From: Deinococcota bacterium | GTDB taxonomy: Bacteria; Deinococcota; Deinococci; Deinococcales; Thermaceae | Reading direction: 5' to 3' | Assembly (NCBI GenBank): GCA_041695225.1 | Contig: JBGFRI010000015.1 | Location: 1 to 64,000, forward strand | DNA: 64,000 bases | In this document: one piece after another, positions 38,706-56,150 of the stretch | Layout of the letters: each line of letters starts with the position of its first letter | How positions within the stretch are numbered: position 1 is the first letter of the stretch | The notes under the pieces: model-generated | Database searches by the model: none | Told to the model about the DNA's origin: nothing | Seen by the model: only the letters and a program-made list of their open reading frames with translations | Program-made: the position numbers and the translations under genes

Positions 38706-38871
38706 ATCGGCTCCATTCTAAGCCTGAATGCCCGTTTGAGAAGGCACTGGCGCACATACGGCTTGTCTATGGCTAATAGCTCATAGCCCATAGCGGATAG
38801 CTAAAACCTAAAAGCTGGTGTTGCCCTTGGCTATCAGCTATCGGCTATCAGCTATCGGCTATTATTGGCTA

Positions 38872-40086
38872 TCAGCTTTCAATTCTCTCAAGCGCCATGA
38901 ACAGCGCTTTGTCGTGGAGGCGCTGGGTGCGTAGGCGGGCGATGGCCTCCTGGCCCAGTTCATTTTCCAGCCGCTCCGGGGTAGTGCGGTAGGAGCGGGC
39001 CAGCTCGGCCAGGAACTCGGCAAACTCTTGCGGGCTCAATTCGGATTTTAGCTCTTCCGAAAGGGCTTCAACTGCCAGCGAGCGGCGCAGACGCCTGGCT
39101 GCTCCCTCGCTAAGACTCTGCTTGAACTCCTCGAGCTTCCCATCTTTTTCGAGCTGGGCAATGTACTCACCCAGAGCCAGTTTCTGCTGCTTGAGGTCCT
39201 CGGCCAGACTCTCTAACAGGCTTTGCTCCTCGCGAGCCAGCATGGTAGGCGGAATTTCCACCTCGATGGCCTCGCCCAGCTTATCCAGCAGCTGTCTGGC
39301 TTTGGCGTTGCGCGCTTCGCGTTCAAACTGAGTCAAAAGACTCTTGCGCACTTTATCCGTGAGCGCTTCCAGGCTGTCTTCTCCCACGGTCTTGGCAAAC
39401 TCGTCGTCCAGTTCAGGCAGTTGCAGAGCCCTGATTTCCAGGATTTTGGTTCTGACCTCGCGCACCACAGTCTCGCCGTCTTTCACCGGGACCATCACTT
39501 CGTCGCCGGCTTTCCGACCTAGCAGAGCCTCGCGCACATGGGGTTGCGCATTCTCCATCACCACCGGGAAGCGGCCCCCGTCATCGGTCTCGATAAAGAC
39601 AGTGTCTTCTAACCGGGCCTCGCGATCCACCGCAGCCATTTCGCCATGACGACTGCGCAGCTCGTCCAGGGCTCGGCTGAGTATTTCATCGGTCAGCTCG
39701 GGTGTTTGCGTCTCGAGCTTGAAGTTTTGCCAGTCGGGCAGCTTAACTTCTGGATAGTTCTCTACTTCAACCGTGTAAACAAAGGGCTGTCCAAAAGTGA
39801 GGCTCTCGTCCAGTACTCGCGCACCAACCGGCAGCAACGACAACTCCTGGGCAGCTTTGGGAAAGGTCTGATCGCGCAGGGCTTCCTTCACCTCGTCGAG
39901 CAGGGATTCCTTGCCGATTTTGGCCTCAATCACCTTGGCCGGGGCCTTACCGGGGCGGAACCCTGGCAGCTTAACCTTTCCAGCATAGTTGTTCAGTACC
40001 GCTTGATAGGTTTGCTCGACCTGGCTGGCCGGAACCTCTACCTTTACTTTCACTTTGTAGCCTTCACGTTCCAGAATTTCTGCCAC
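38872..40086 (-). CDS. tig: Trigger factor
   Basis: PGFRPGKAP ribosome-binding motif, PELDDEFAK; upstream of clpPX. Confidence 0.95.
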   Translation of the reverse strand: MAEILEREGYKVKVKVEVPASQVEQTYQAVLNNYAGKVKLPGFRPGKAPAKVIEAKIGKESLLDEVKEALRDQTFPKAAQELSLLPVGARVLDESLTFGQPFVYTVEVENYPEVKLPDWQNFKLETQTPELTDEILSRALDELRSRHGEMAAVDREARLEDTVFIETDDGGRFPVVMENAQPHVREALLGRKAGDEVMVPVKDGETVVREVRTKILEIRALQLPELDDEFAKTVGEDSLEALTDKVRKSLLTQFEREARNAKARQLLDKLGEAIEVEIPPTMLAREEQSLLESLAEDLKQQKLALGEYIAQLEKDGKLEEFKQSLSEGAARRLRRSLAVEALSEELKSELSPQEFAEFLAELARSYRTTPERLENELGQEAIARLRTQRLHDKALFMALERIES

Positions 40087-40502
40087 CACACACCTCAAAG
40101 TTCGACCGTCTGGGGTCGCCCAGGATATAGAACTAGGCCATTTTATCTTCCGGTCATGCTACTGGCCAGTCTATGGATTAGGCCCGTTGGCCTTCAGCCA
40201 TACTACTGGCCAATCCATAGTCTACAACCCTCTATGCAAATATCGTACATCCACCACTACATCCACCACGGTCTTCTCCAACAGCCCGATTGACGCCACA
40301 GGATGGATTTGGCCGATGAACTCATAAACTCCGCTGGGCTGGTGGTGGAAATGACGGATGACACTGCGACACCCTGGGGTTCCGAAACACTACATTTGTG
40401 GTAGTTATCAAGGGCAGGAATTTACGTCTGGTACAAAAAGCTCGCTGTCAGATCGAGGATAGTTTTGACCTCAAAGCCTCTTGAGTTAGATCGGGACAAC
40501 TG

Positions 40503-40536
40503 ACCCTACATACCCCCCATAGGTATGGTGTAGGGT
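40503..40536. promoter_or_regulatory. CsoR/CstR-like operator upstream of SQR
   Basis: ATACC-CCCCATA-GGTAT (40510-40526) overlapped by an ACCCTACA...TGTAGGGT dyad. Confidence 0.6.
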
Positions 40537-40555
40537 ATCAGACGAGGAGAAGTTT

Positions 40556-41764
40556 ATGAAGACCATTCTAGTAATCGGGGGAAACTTCGGGGGAATGACC
40601 AGCGCGTTTGAGCTAAAGCGCAAGCTGGGAAAAGAGGCTCGCATTGTGGTGGTCTCGAGGCAGAAGGAGTTTGTTTACATCCCCTCGCTAATCTGGGTTC
40701 CTTTTGGGCGGCGCAAGGTCTCGGATATTACCTTTGACGCAGAGCGCACCTTCAGCCGTGGAGGCATCGAGTTCATCCATGCCGAAGCCACAAAAGTCAA
40801 GCCCGAGGAAAATAAAGTGGAGCTGGCCGACGGAGCGGTGCTTGATTACGACTTCCTGGTAATTGCTGCCGGGGCCAGGCTGGTCTGGGACAGCGTGCCT
40901 GGGCTGGGACCGGACGGTTACTCCCACTCTATCTTCACCCCGCCCGATGCCGAAAAAACCTACCAGGCCTACCAGAAATTCCTGCAAAACCCCGGCCCGG
41001 TGGTGATTGGAGCAGTTCCCGGGGCAAGCTGCATGGGTGCTGGCTATGAGTATCTGTTTAACTTTGACCATCAGATTCGCCGTGCCGGCAAGCGCAAAAA
41101 AGTCAGCATCACCTGGGTCACGCCTGAGCCCCAACTCGGTCATTTTGGCATCGGCGGAATGGCTGGCGGAGAGGCCATGCTGAAGATCTTCCTGAAGATG
41201 CAGGGCATTGACTACCGCGCCAACGCAGCCATTACCGAGGTCCGCCCCGATGGGGTGGTGCTCTCTAGCGGCGAGGTGCTGCCCTCCAGTTTCTCCATGC
41301 TGGTTCCCCCCTTCCAGGGTGTGGAAATGTTACAAAACTCCCCCGAGCTGGTGGATGCCAAGGGTTTTGTGGAAGTCTCCGACGGCTACCAGAGCACCCG
41401 CTACCCCAACGTTTTTGCAGTTGGGCTAGCCGCCAGGGTGCCCAACCCCTTCAAGGGCGACGTGGCCTTTGGTGTACCCAAAACTGGCTTCCCCACCGAC
41501 GAAATGGCCAAGACCGCAGCGGCCAACATCGTCGAAATCCTGCGCGGCAACCCCAGCAAGCTACACTGCAAGCCCTTTGGCAAGATGGCCGCAGTGTGCG
41601 TGATGGACGCAGGCAACAAAGAGGTCATCATCCTGGGCAACAGCCTCTACCCTCCCCGCAAGTTCCAGATCATGCTGCCCAACCTGCTAGGCGATTTCAA
41701 CAAGGTACTGGTTGAAAAGCTGCTTCTGCTCAAGTACCGCAACGGCTGGTCCTTCCTGCCCTAA
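40556..41764 (+). CDS. sqr: Sulfide:quinone oxidoreductase
   Basis: Rossmann IGG-x-FGG, F-x-YIPSLIWV, GASC-x-G-x-x-YE, VPKTG, AVC-x-x-DAG (two catalytic Cys). Confidence 0.82.
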   Translation: MKTILVIGGNFGGMTSAFELKRKLGKEARIVVVSRQKEFVYIPSLIWVPFGRRKVSDITFDAERTFSRGGIEFIHAEATKVKPEENKVELADGAVLDYDFLVIAAGARLVWDSVPGLGPDGYSHSIFTPPDAEKTYQAYQKFLQNPGPVVIGAVPGASCMGAGYEYLFNFDHQIRRAGKRKKVSITWVTPEPQLGHFGIGGMAGGEAMLKIFLKMQGIDYRANAAITEVRPDGVVLSSGEVLPSSFSMLVPPFQGVEMLQNSPELVDAKGFVEVSDGYQSTRYPNVFAVGLAARVPNPFKGDVAFGVPKTGFPTDEMAKTAAANIVEILRGNPSKLHCKPFGKMAAVCVMDAGNKEVIILGNSLYPPRKFQIMLPNLLGDFNKVLVEKLLLLKYRNGWSFLP

Positions 41765-41797
41765 TTTAGCGCGACACAGCTAGCCGTTCCACTGCCC

Positions 41798-41840
41798 AGT
41801 CACAACCCCCGAAAATACTTGCTTGGGGGTTGTGACTTTA
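41798..41840 (+). terminator. Intrinsic terminator after sqr
   Basis: AGTCACAACCCCC / GGGGGTTGTGACT 13-bp stem followed by T residues. Confidence 0.8.
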
Positions 41841-41924
41841 TCAAGCAGGACTGAGTATCACTTGTCGGTATCAAATAGCCCTTACAACCAGTCTACGCGT
41901 CCAAAGGAACCTGGCTGACGGGCT

Positions 41925-42683
41925 TCACGGGATTAGCCGGAACTGGACTAGGTTGACCGTATAAAACCCCTCTTGCCTTCTAGTCGCGTGGAAATTTACT
42001 TCACGATTGTCATTAACGATACTTAGAAGCACAACCCCCGTCAAATCAATATCCACAGTCTGGGGAAGTTCGCCAGGTCTGATGGTAGCAGTATGGAGGC
42101 GGCGACCGTCGCCATAAAAAAAGATGTTTCTTTCAGATGCATAAGGATGGTTGTCATCAAAACCGATCAGCCCACGCATCCGGGTAAACTCTGCATTGAG
42201 CCTGAACACTGCCCGCCCCTGCGGATGTTGCCAAAAACGACGAATTGAGATACCGTTGCTGTATCTTGTCCCGGCAATAGCCATGCCTGCTTCTTCATCG
42301 TAAGCTAATTCAATGTTTTCCGAAAAGAAGGCCCTGTGAGACGACAGGAAAACCCCTTCTGGCCTTCTGCCGATGTGCACGGTAAAATTGGGGCCGTCCC
42401 AGGTTACGGGTTTGCCCACTGCGCCCGCAACCAAACCCAGGGGCACGTAGATTCTGCCCTGGTAGATGAAGGGTTCGCTTCCGGCAGGAATGGCAAGCCT
42501 TTCTCCATTTACCATTATTTGAATATTGCGGAATACGACTTCAATTGTCGCTCTACCCTCTCTGGCGAGCGCCATCCCTGCAAACAAAACAACCCCAACA
42601 AGACTAGTTAAAAGCAGAGCTGCCAGCGCTACGAGCGTTTTTGACCGATTTGCAAGGGAATATCTGACAAACCTTTTGACCAT
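41925..42683 (-). CDS. Secreted protein: copper-amine-oxidase N-terminal (stalk) domain plus NPCBM/NEW2-like domain
   Basis: Signal peptide; I-x-VNG...PFIY-x-GR-x-YVPL...G-x-x-V-x-WD; G-x-IG-x-DD...YGDG...DIDLTGV; AT-richer than flanks. Confidence 0.72.
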   Translation of the reverse strand: MVKRFVRYSLANRSKTLVALAALLLTSLVGVVLFAGMALAREGRATIEVVFRNIQIMVNGERLAIPAGSEPFIYQGRIYVPLGLVAGAVGKPVTWDGPNFTVHIGRRPEGVFLSSHRAFFSENIELAYDEEAGMAIAGTRYSNGISIRRFWQHPQGRAVFRLNAEFTRMRGLIGFDDNHPYASERNIFFYGDGRRLHTATIRPGELPQTVDIDLTGVVLLSIVNDNREVNFHATRRQEGFYTVNLVQFRLIP

Positions 42684-42823
42684 ACCTTCCTCCTATTCGA
42701 GAAGCATTTTTAGTGATCGCTTTGTGACCTGTCAAGCGATGTAACGGGCCGCTACAGCGTTTCGATTGGTTTAGTAAACCAAGTGCAAAAAACAAAAAAC
42801 CCCAAATAGCCGCCATTGCAATC

Positions 42824-42848
42824 AAAACCCCGGAGGTCTCCGGGGTTT
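42824..42848 (-). terminator. Terminator after the tRNA operon
   Basis: AAACCCCGGAG-gt-CTCCGGGGTTT hairpin with a T-run on the minus strand. Confidence 0.8.
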
Positions 42849-42849
42849 G

Positions 42850-42935
42850 TGGTGCGCGGAGGGGGACTTGAACCCCCACACCTTGCGGCACAAGATCCTA
42901 AGTCTTGCGTGTCTACCAAATTCCACCATCCGCGC
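42850..42935 (-). tRNA. tRNA-Leu(TAG)
   Basis: GCGCGGA acceptor stem, CAAGA-CTTAGGA-TCTTG anticodon arm, long variable arm, GTTCAAGTC, CCA. Confidence 0.96.
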
Positions 42936-42993
42936 CAATCAGAGCCTGGGGTCCTGGCCTGGCAAAAACCCACGAAACTCTGCGCCGAGCATT

Positions 42994-43071
42994 TGGGGTG
43001 AGCGATGGGATTTGAACCCACGACCCCTGGATCCACAGACCAGTGCTCTAACCAACTGAGCTACGCTCACC
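42994..43071 (-). tRNA. tRNA-His(GTG), with encoded G-1
   Basis: GTGAGCG acceptor stem, CTGTGGA anticodon loop, GTTCAAATC, discriminator C plus CCA. Confidence 0.96.
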
Positions 43072-43301
43072 ACGCCGCGATAGCAGCAAAGTGTATTGTA
43101 GGCTGGGGGTTGCAGCACGTCAAGCAGGCCGAATCGCGCCAGCTAAGCATGTCGAAGGTCTAGGGTCAAAGGTCTGCGACAGCCTCGCCTGCTGCTAATA
43201 GCCTATAGCTAACTGCACTGTCTTTTAGCTATAAGCTATCGGCTATCGGCCATAAGCTTTCGACCTTTAGCCTTCGACCAAGCGCGTTAGCGCTTGCGCG
43301 G

Positions 43302-43330
43302 TTGACGCCCTGCCGTACACGGTCTATACT
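43302..43330 (+). promoter_or_regulatory. sigma70 promoter of the TetR gene
   Basis: TTGACG-17 bp-TATACT. Confidence 0.7.
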
Positions 43331-43346
43331 CTCGGCCAAGGCGCCA

Positions 43347-43946
43347 ATGGGTCATTCATACGAAGCTGACAGGCTAGAGAAATTAAGCCGCCGTGATGAA
43401 ATTCTGTACGCCGCTGGCCAGCTATTTAGCCGCCAGGGCTTCCATGCCACTTCCATGCGCGACCTGGCCCGCGCGGTAAATCTGCAAGGGGGCAGCCTCT
43501 ACGCCCATATCGAGTCCAAAGAAGCGGTTTTGTTTGAACTGGTAAACCATGCCGCGGACAAGTTCTTGAAAAGCGCCGAGACGGCGCCGACCGACCTTTC
43601 ACCCAAAGAACAACTGGCGCACCTCATTCGTGGCCACCTGGAAGTGATCGCTTGTGAGCTCGACAATGCCACGGTTTTTTTCCACGAGTGGAAATTCCTC
43701 AAGCCAGAGCTTCAGGCCAGGATCAAACTTCGGCGTGATCGCTATGAGGAACACTTCCACAAAACCATCGCTGCAGGGGTAGCCTCGGGCCATTTTCGGG
43801 TGGAGGATACTCGCCTGGCGACCCTGTTTGTCCTCTCGGCCCTGAACTGGACCTATCACTGGTATCAACCACAAGGCAGGCTGTCCCTAAAGGCGCTCTC
43901 GAGCCAGTACTGCAATCTGGTTTTCAGAACCCTGGGTGCAGACTAG
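43347..43946 (+). CDS. TetR/AcrR family regulator (KstR2-like C-terminus)
   Basis: A-x-x-LF-x-x-x-GFHATSMRDLA...GSLY-x-HI-x-SKE HTH; LNW-x-x-x-WY-x-P-x-G. Confidence 0.9.
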   Translation: MGHSYEADRLEKLSRRDEILYAAGQLFSRQGFHATSMRDLARAVNLQGGSLYAHIESKEAVLFELVNHAADKFLKSAETAPTDLSPKEQLAHLIRGHLEVIACELDNATVFFHEWKFLKPELQARIKLRRDRYEEHFHKTIAAGVASGHFRVEDTRLATLFVLSALNWTYHWYQPQGRLSLKALSSQYCNLVFRTLGAD

Positions 43947-44111
43947 CTGATACGCTATCCCAGCGGTGGTCTCGCCCATTTATCAGACGCACTGGAGCTT
44001 TAGCTACAAGTATCGTCCAGGAGAGTACACACCGGTGCGCCCGGCTAGCCTTGAGGCGCCAACAAATGCATTACCCCAGGCAATTCTGCGGGGTTTTGAC
44101 ACAACGGTCTG

Positions 44112-44981
44112 TCAGTCGTCATCAAAAGCGTTAATAAGGGCTGATTGGAATGCGTATGGCTGGTCAATCCAGGGATAATGCCCTGCCCCTTCGATGAGCT
44201 CGATCTTTCCTCCCGTAAGGTCGGCTATGGTCTGGGCTTCGGGGTAGCTACTCGCATCCAGCGAACCCAGCAAAACTGCTATGGGCCTACGTATATCCAG
44301 CAAATAGGGGGTATAGTCCAGGCGCCACAGCCCATTCAGCACAAACATCTGCCCGGGCGTATCGGCCCCAACCACCCCCGAGCCTTCTGCCACCCACTCG
44401 TACTCCATACGGCTGTGCTGGCTGGGAAACATGAGCTGGTCAAAGGCAGCCTTGGGCTCCATATAAGCAAAGGCTTCCTGTAGCAGCCGTGCGCCATCCA
44501 GGGGCAGGTCAATCTCGAGGCTCTGTTCTGCAATACCCCGCAGCCTGAGCGAAGCCAGGTAAAGCTGGCGGGCCAGCCAGGGAAAATTGGTCCAGGGGTT
44601 GACCAGCACCAGCCGCTGGGTGTTCTGGGGAAAGCGACGGGCATACTCCAGGGCCAGTAAGCCGCCGAAACCGTGCCCCAGCAAGGTCCAGGCGTTTATA
44701 CCCAGGCGGCGGCGCAGGCTCCTCAGGTCTTCAACCAGAGCGTCAACGGTAAATAGCCGCGGCTCTTCCGGTAAAGCCGGGCTGCGCCCACTGCCGCGCT
44801 GGTCGAGGTAGAGCACCCGGAAGTCTTCCAGGTACTCGCCAAAGCCCTCTCGGAGCGCATAGCTACTACCCCCAGGGCCGCCGTGCAGCACCACTATGGC
44901 CGGAGCATCCTCGGGGCCGGTGTCCTCGAGGTAGACCTCTACCCCATCGCTCACAGATATCAGATCAAATTCTTCTCGCAT
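44112..44981 (-). CDS. Alpha/beta hydrolase, proline iminopeptidase-like, lacking the nucleophile Ser
   Basis: LHGGPG, DQRGSGRS, GHGFGG in place of GHSxGG, C-terminal AGH. Confidence 0.85.
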   Translation of the reverse strand: MREEFDLISVSDGVEVYLEDTGPEDAPAIVVLHGGPGGSSYALREGFGEYLEDFRVLYLDQRGSGRSPALPEEPRLFTVDALVEDLRSLRRRLGINAWTLLGHGFGGLLALEYARRFPQNTQRLVLVNPWTNFPWLARQLYLASLRLRGIAEQSLEIDLPLDGARLLQEAFAYMEPKAAFDQLMFPSQHSRMEYEWVAEGSGVVGADTPGQMFVLNGLWRLDYTPYLLDIRRPIAVLLGSLDASSYPEAQTIADLTGGKIELIEGAGHYPWIDQPYAFQSALINAFDDD

Positions 44982-45125
44982 TGTGCCTTCCTCGAGACTA
45001 AGCTAATGGACTGTCACAGGTCGAGGGTCGAAGGTCAAAAGCTATCGGCTATCAGCTATTTGGATATTGGGCTAATGGAATGTCTCAGGTCTCGGGTCAT
45101 GCGACATGCGACTTGTGACCTTCTT

Positions 45126-45341
45126 CTAGTCTCGGCGTCCCTCTTCGAGCAGCTCAAAACTCCAGCTGCGCAAACCTTCCAGTCTTTCTGCTGCGGCCTC
45201 CATCTCGGGGGTATGAGCCCAGACCTCGAGTAAATAAAGTTCCTGTTCTGGACGCCATAGCAGCCTGTAGGGGTGGGGAAAGTCTCGAGCCAGGCTCCGC
45301 AGCGCTGCCAGGTTGTTGCCTTCTACAAAGAGCACTTTCAT
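45126..45341 (-). CDS. Small hypothetical protein
   Basis: 71-aa ORF co-oriented with neighbours, host-like codon usage. Confidence 0.6.
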   Translation of the reverse strand: MKVLFVEGNNLAALRSLARDFPHPYRLLWRPEQELYLLEVWAHTPEMEAAAERLEGLRSWSFELLEEGRRD

Positions 45342-45539
45342 TGGTTACCACTATATGGAATTAATCATCAAACGTCGCAGGTCAGAAGTTAGTCTCAGGT
45401 CTCAGGTCGCAGGTCTTTTGATTTTGGACTTTCGGCTTTCGACCTTTTTAGTCGTAGGTCGCAAGACAAAAAGCCTTTGACCCGAGACTCGAGACCTGAG
45501 ACTTGTGACACTTACAAGTCTCGCTACCCCAGGCCACCC

Positions 45540-46127
45540 TTAACATTTTCTGCTCCACACTCGTTCGAGGAAGAGCACTTGACAGGCTTCCTCCAGACTG
45601 GTCATGAGCGAATAGGCCTGCAACAGTGATTTATCGAGATCTTCCAGACTACTCCTGACAAAAGCTCCATGGCCGCGCACCACACAGGCCCGGTGCCGCT
45701 GCAAGGCTTCGGCCACAGCCTCGGCGGCCTCCGGGGTTCCCGAGGCAGTTTTGGGAGCCACCACGGGAATCTGGTCGAAGTAGTAGAGCCCTTCCAGGTC
45801 TATGGGCACTATGGCATCCAGGTGAAAAGAGAGGGCGATTGCATGGCGTGGGTGGGCGTGTACCACGGCTGTAGCGTCGGTTTTCCGGTAGATGGCGCGG
45901 TGAATCACCCGCTCTACCGAAGCTGCGTAGTCGTGCTCGGGGTCGGGCTTTAGGGGGAGTAGCAACAAGTCGTCTGGCGTCAGGTGGGCCTTCTGGGCAC
46001 CCGAGCGGGTGATCCAGATTCCCTCGCCAGCTCGCACCGAGTAGTTGCCCGAAGTAGCCGAGGCCAGCCCTGCCGCAAACAGATCCTCTCCTACCTGCTG
46101 AAAGGTGAGATAGAGCTGGGCTTTCAC
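45540..46127 (-). CDS. Class II aldolase (fuculose-1-phosphate aldolase-like)
   Basis: SGN-x-S, ASVE-x-x-IH-x-x-IY, VVHAHP, RGHG. Confidence 0.9.
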   Translation of the reverse strand: MKAQLYLTFQQVGEDLFAAGLASATSGNYSVRAGEGIWITRSGAQKAHLTPDDLLLLPLKPDPEHDYAASVERVIHRAIYRKTDATAVVHAHPRHAIALSFHLDAIVPIDLEGLYYFDQIPVVAPKTASGTPEAAEAVAEALQRHRACVVRGHGAFVRSSLEDLDKSLLQAYSLMTSLEEACQVLFLERVWSRKC

Positions 46128-46261
46128 ATTCTCGGGGCGCTCCTTATGGACGTGGATAGCTAATAGCTTATAGCGGATAGCTAAAAGCAGTTCTCGATAT
46201 CAGCCATTAGTTATCAGCTATCGGCTATAGGCCATTGACTATCGACATCAGCTATCGGCTA

Positions 46262-50845
<4,584 letters not shown>

Positions 50846-50944
50846 TCACTCCGTGAAGAGTTTGTCTCAAGTCTCAAGTCTCAAGTCGCAGGTCCCAGGT
50901 CAAAGGCTTTTTGTCTTGCGACATGAGACCTGCGACCCGCGACA

Positions 50945-54319
<3,375 letters not shown>

Positions 54320-54719
54320 TAAACACCTCATAACCCGTGGGCTCTTCTCCGCGCTGTTCTGGCACGGCAGTGGCATACTCTGGGTCGTTTTGGGGGTTCT
54401 CGTAAGCTAACAGGGTTCTTCCGCAGGTAAATATTCCCTGCGGTGGCTGGCTCTTACGCTTTTTGTGGAACGCTCGCTAGGCGCTGGCCACAAAACACAA
54501 ACAGGAGTATAGCACATGTGCACATGAAGGCACAAGATGCAGCCGAACCCTAAAGCTGCTTTGAGATATTTTAGCACGGTATGGGGTGTTTGAGAAGGGC
54601 AGGCGGCCCAAGTCAGCTTTTTAGCGTGAAATTTGGAAAGGTATCTGGAGTCACCTGTAAGTGTAATGGTTTCGGCAGATTTTATCTTCCAACATCGGTT
54701 AAACTCGGGGGGAGGTTTT

Positions 54720-54923
54720 ATGAAGCTGAAAGTAATCGTCCATGAAGCAGAAGAAGGGGGCTATTGGGCCGAAGTTCCCTCCATTCCGGGATGCGCCACC
54801 CAAGGCGAGACCTTCGATGAACTCCTTGTTAACATCTATGAAGCCGTCGAGGGTTGCTTGTCGGTGGATATGAAAGACATCACGCTTACAGAAAAGGCTA
54901 AAGTGCTGGAGATCGCAGTGTGA
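54720..54923 (+). CDS. hicB: HicB-like antitoxin (short, no DNA-binding domain)
   Basis: [21 protein letters not shown] pattern; GGAGG RBS. Confidence 0.88.
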   Translation: MKLKVIVHEAEEGGYWAEVPSIPGCATQGETFDELLVNIYEAVEGCLSVDMKDITLTEKAKVLEIAV

Positions 54924-55126
54924 AGTTCATCTCAGGGAAGGAGTTCGCAAAGCTGCTCGAGATGAAGGGCTGGCAGCTGCGAAGAACCAAAGGAAGCCAT
55001 CACATTTACGCCAAAGCTGGCAACCCATCTCGGATTTCTATCCCGATTCACGGAAATGTTCCACTCAAGATTGGCTTGCTGAAGCACTTTATGAAGGTTG
55101 CCGGCATTGAAGAAAACGAGTTGTGA
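54920..55126 (+). CDS. hicA: HicA-like toxin
   Basis: GW-x-x-x-R-x-KGSH...IPIH...GLL pattern; GTGA overlap with hicB. Confidence 0.9.
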   Translation: MKFISGKEFAKLLEMKGWQLRRTKGSHHIYAKAGNPSRISIPIHGNVPLKIGLLKHFMKVAGIEENEL

Positions 55127-55300
55127 ACATCGGTGGTTTTAGGACACTTCTATCTTGTAACAGCTGCTAAATTCGGGCTGTAAGGTGGCATGAGACACTT
55201 GACAAGGGTAGGTCGCACAAGGGGCCTTCTCTAAGCACCCTGAGGATTCAACACCAGGCTGTAATATAGTGCGGACCCCGCCATGTTATAGTACGGCATT

Positions 55301-56149
55301 GTGAAGTGGGTTGAATGCCCCAGAGACTCCTGGCAGGGCCTGGGGCGGTTTATTCCCACCGAAGAAAAACTGGCCTATCTGCATAAACTGCTCGAGGCCG
55401 GCTTTCAAAGCCTCGACCTGACCAGTTTTGTATCGCCAAAATGGGTGCCTCAGCACGCCGATGCCTTGGAGGTGCTGGCGGGCCTGCCAGCGCCGCAAGG
55501 CCGCGAGTATCTGGCAATTGTTGGCAACCAGAAGGGGCTCGAGCGGGCCTTGCAAGCCCCTCATCTGACCAAGGTGGGCTATCCCTTTTCCATCTCCGAG
55601 ACTTTCCAGCACAAAAACCCCAACATGGGTACCGAGAAATCCTGGCAGGTGCTGGAACAGCTCATAGGCCAGGCCCAGGAAAAGCAGTTTGTGGTCTATC
55701 TCTCCATGGCCTTCGGCAATCCCTATGGCGACGCCTGGGGGCCAGACCTTACCGGGCAGTTTGTTCAGCAACTGCGACAGCTCGGAAGACTTTCCGGCAT
55801 TGTGCTAGCCGATACCTACGGGGTGGCCACAGCCAGCACCATACAAGACACCGTGCAGGCAGTGGTCGCGCACACCAGCAGCGAAGGCATCGGTGTTCAT
55901 CTGCATAGCCGGCCAGAAAACACGCTGGAAAAGGTGCAGGTGGTACTGGATGCGGGTGTGCGCTGGCTCGAGGGCGCCCTGGGAGGCATTGGCGGCTGCC
56001 CTTTTGCCGGCGACGAGCTGGTAGGCAATCTGGCGACTGAGCAGGTGCTGCCCTATCTGGGCCAGCAGGGTTATCAGGTGCCGGTTAATCTCGACCGCCT
56101 GCCCGGGCTTTGCGACCAGGCCTTGTTACTACGGATAAAGTACGCTTGA
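55301..56149 (+). CDS. Hydroxymethylglutaryl-CoA lyase
   Basis: ECPRD-x-x-QG, SFVSPKWVPQ, LADT-x-G, HLH, GGCPFA...GNLATE. Confidence 0.88.
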   Translation: MKWVECPRDSWQGLGRFIPTEEKLAYLHKLLEAGFQSLDLTSFVSPKWVPQHADALEVLAGLPAPQGREYLAIVGNQKGLERALQAPHLTKVGYPFSISETFQHKNPNMGTEKSWQVLEQLIGQAQEKQFVVYLSMAFGNPYGDAWGPDLTGQFVQQLRQLGRLSGIVLADTYGVATASTIQDTVQAVVAHTSSEGIGVHLHSRPENTLEKVQVVLDAGVRWLEGALGGIGGCPFAGDELVGNLATEQVLPYLGQQGYQVPVNLDRLPGLCDQALLLRIKYA

Positions 56150-56150
56150 C

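Noticed and set aside
40386..40406. NrdR-box-like ACACTACATTTGTGG
   Set aside because: Spacing is one base off, it is a single copy, and no ribonucleotide reductase gene is nearby.
40230..42850. tRNA-anchored integrative element spanning sqr
   Set aside because: No duplicated tRNA-Leu 3' end and no integrase in the interval.
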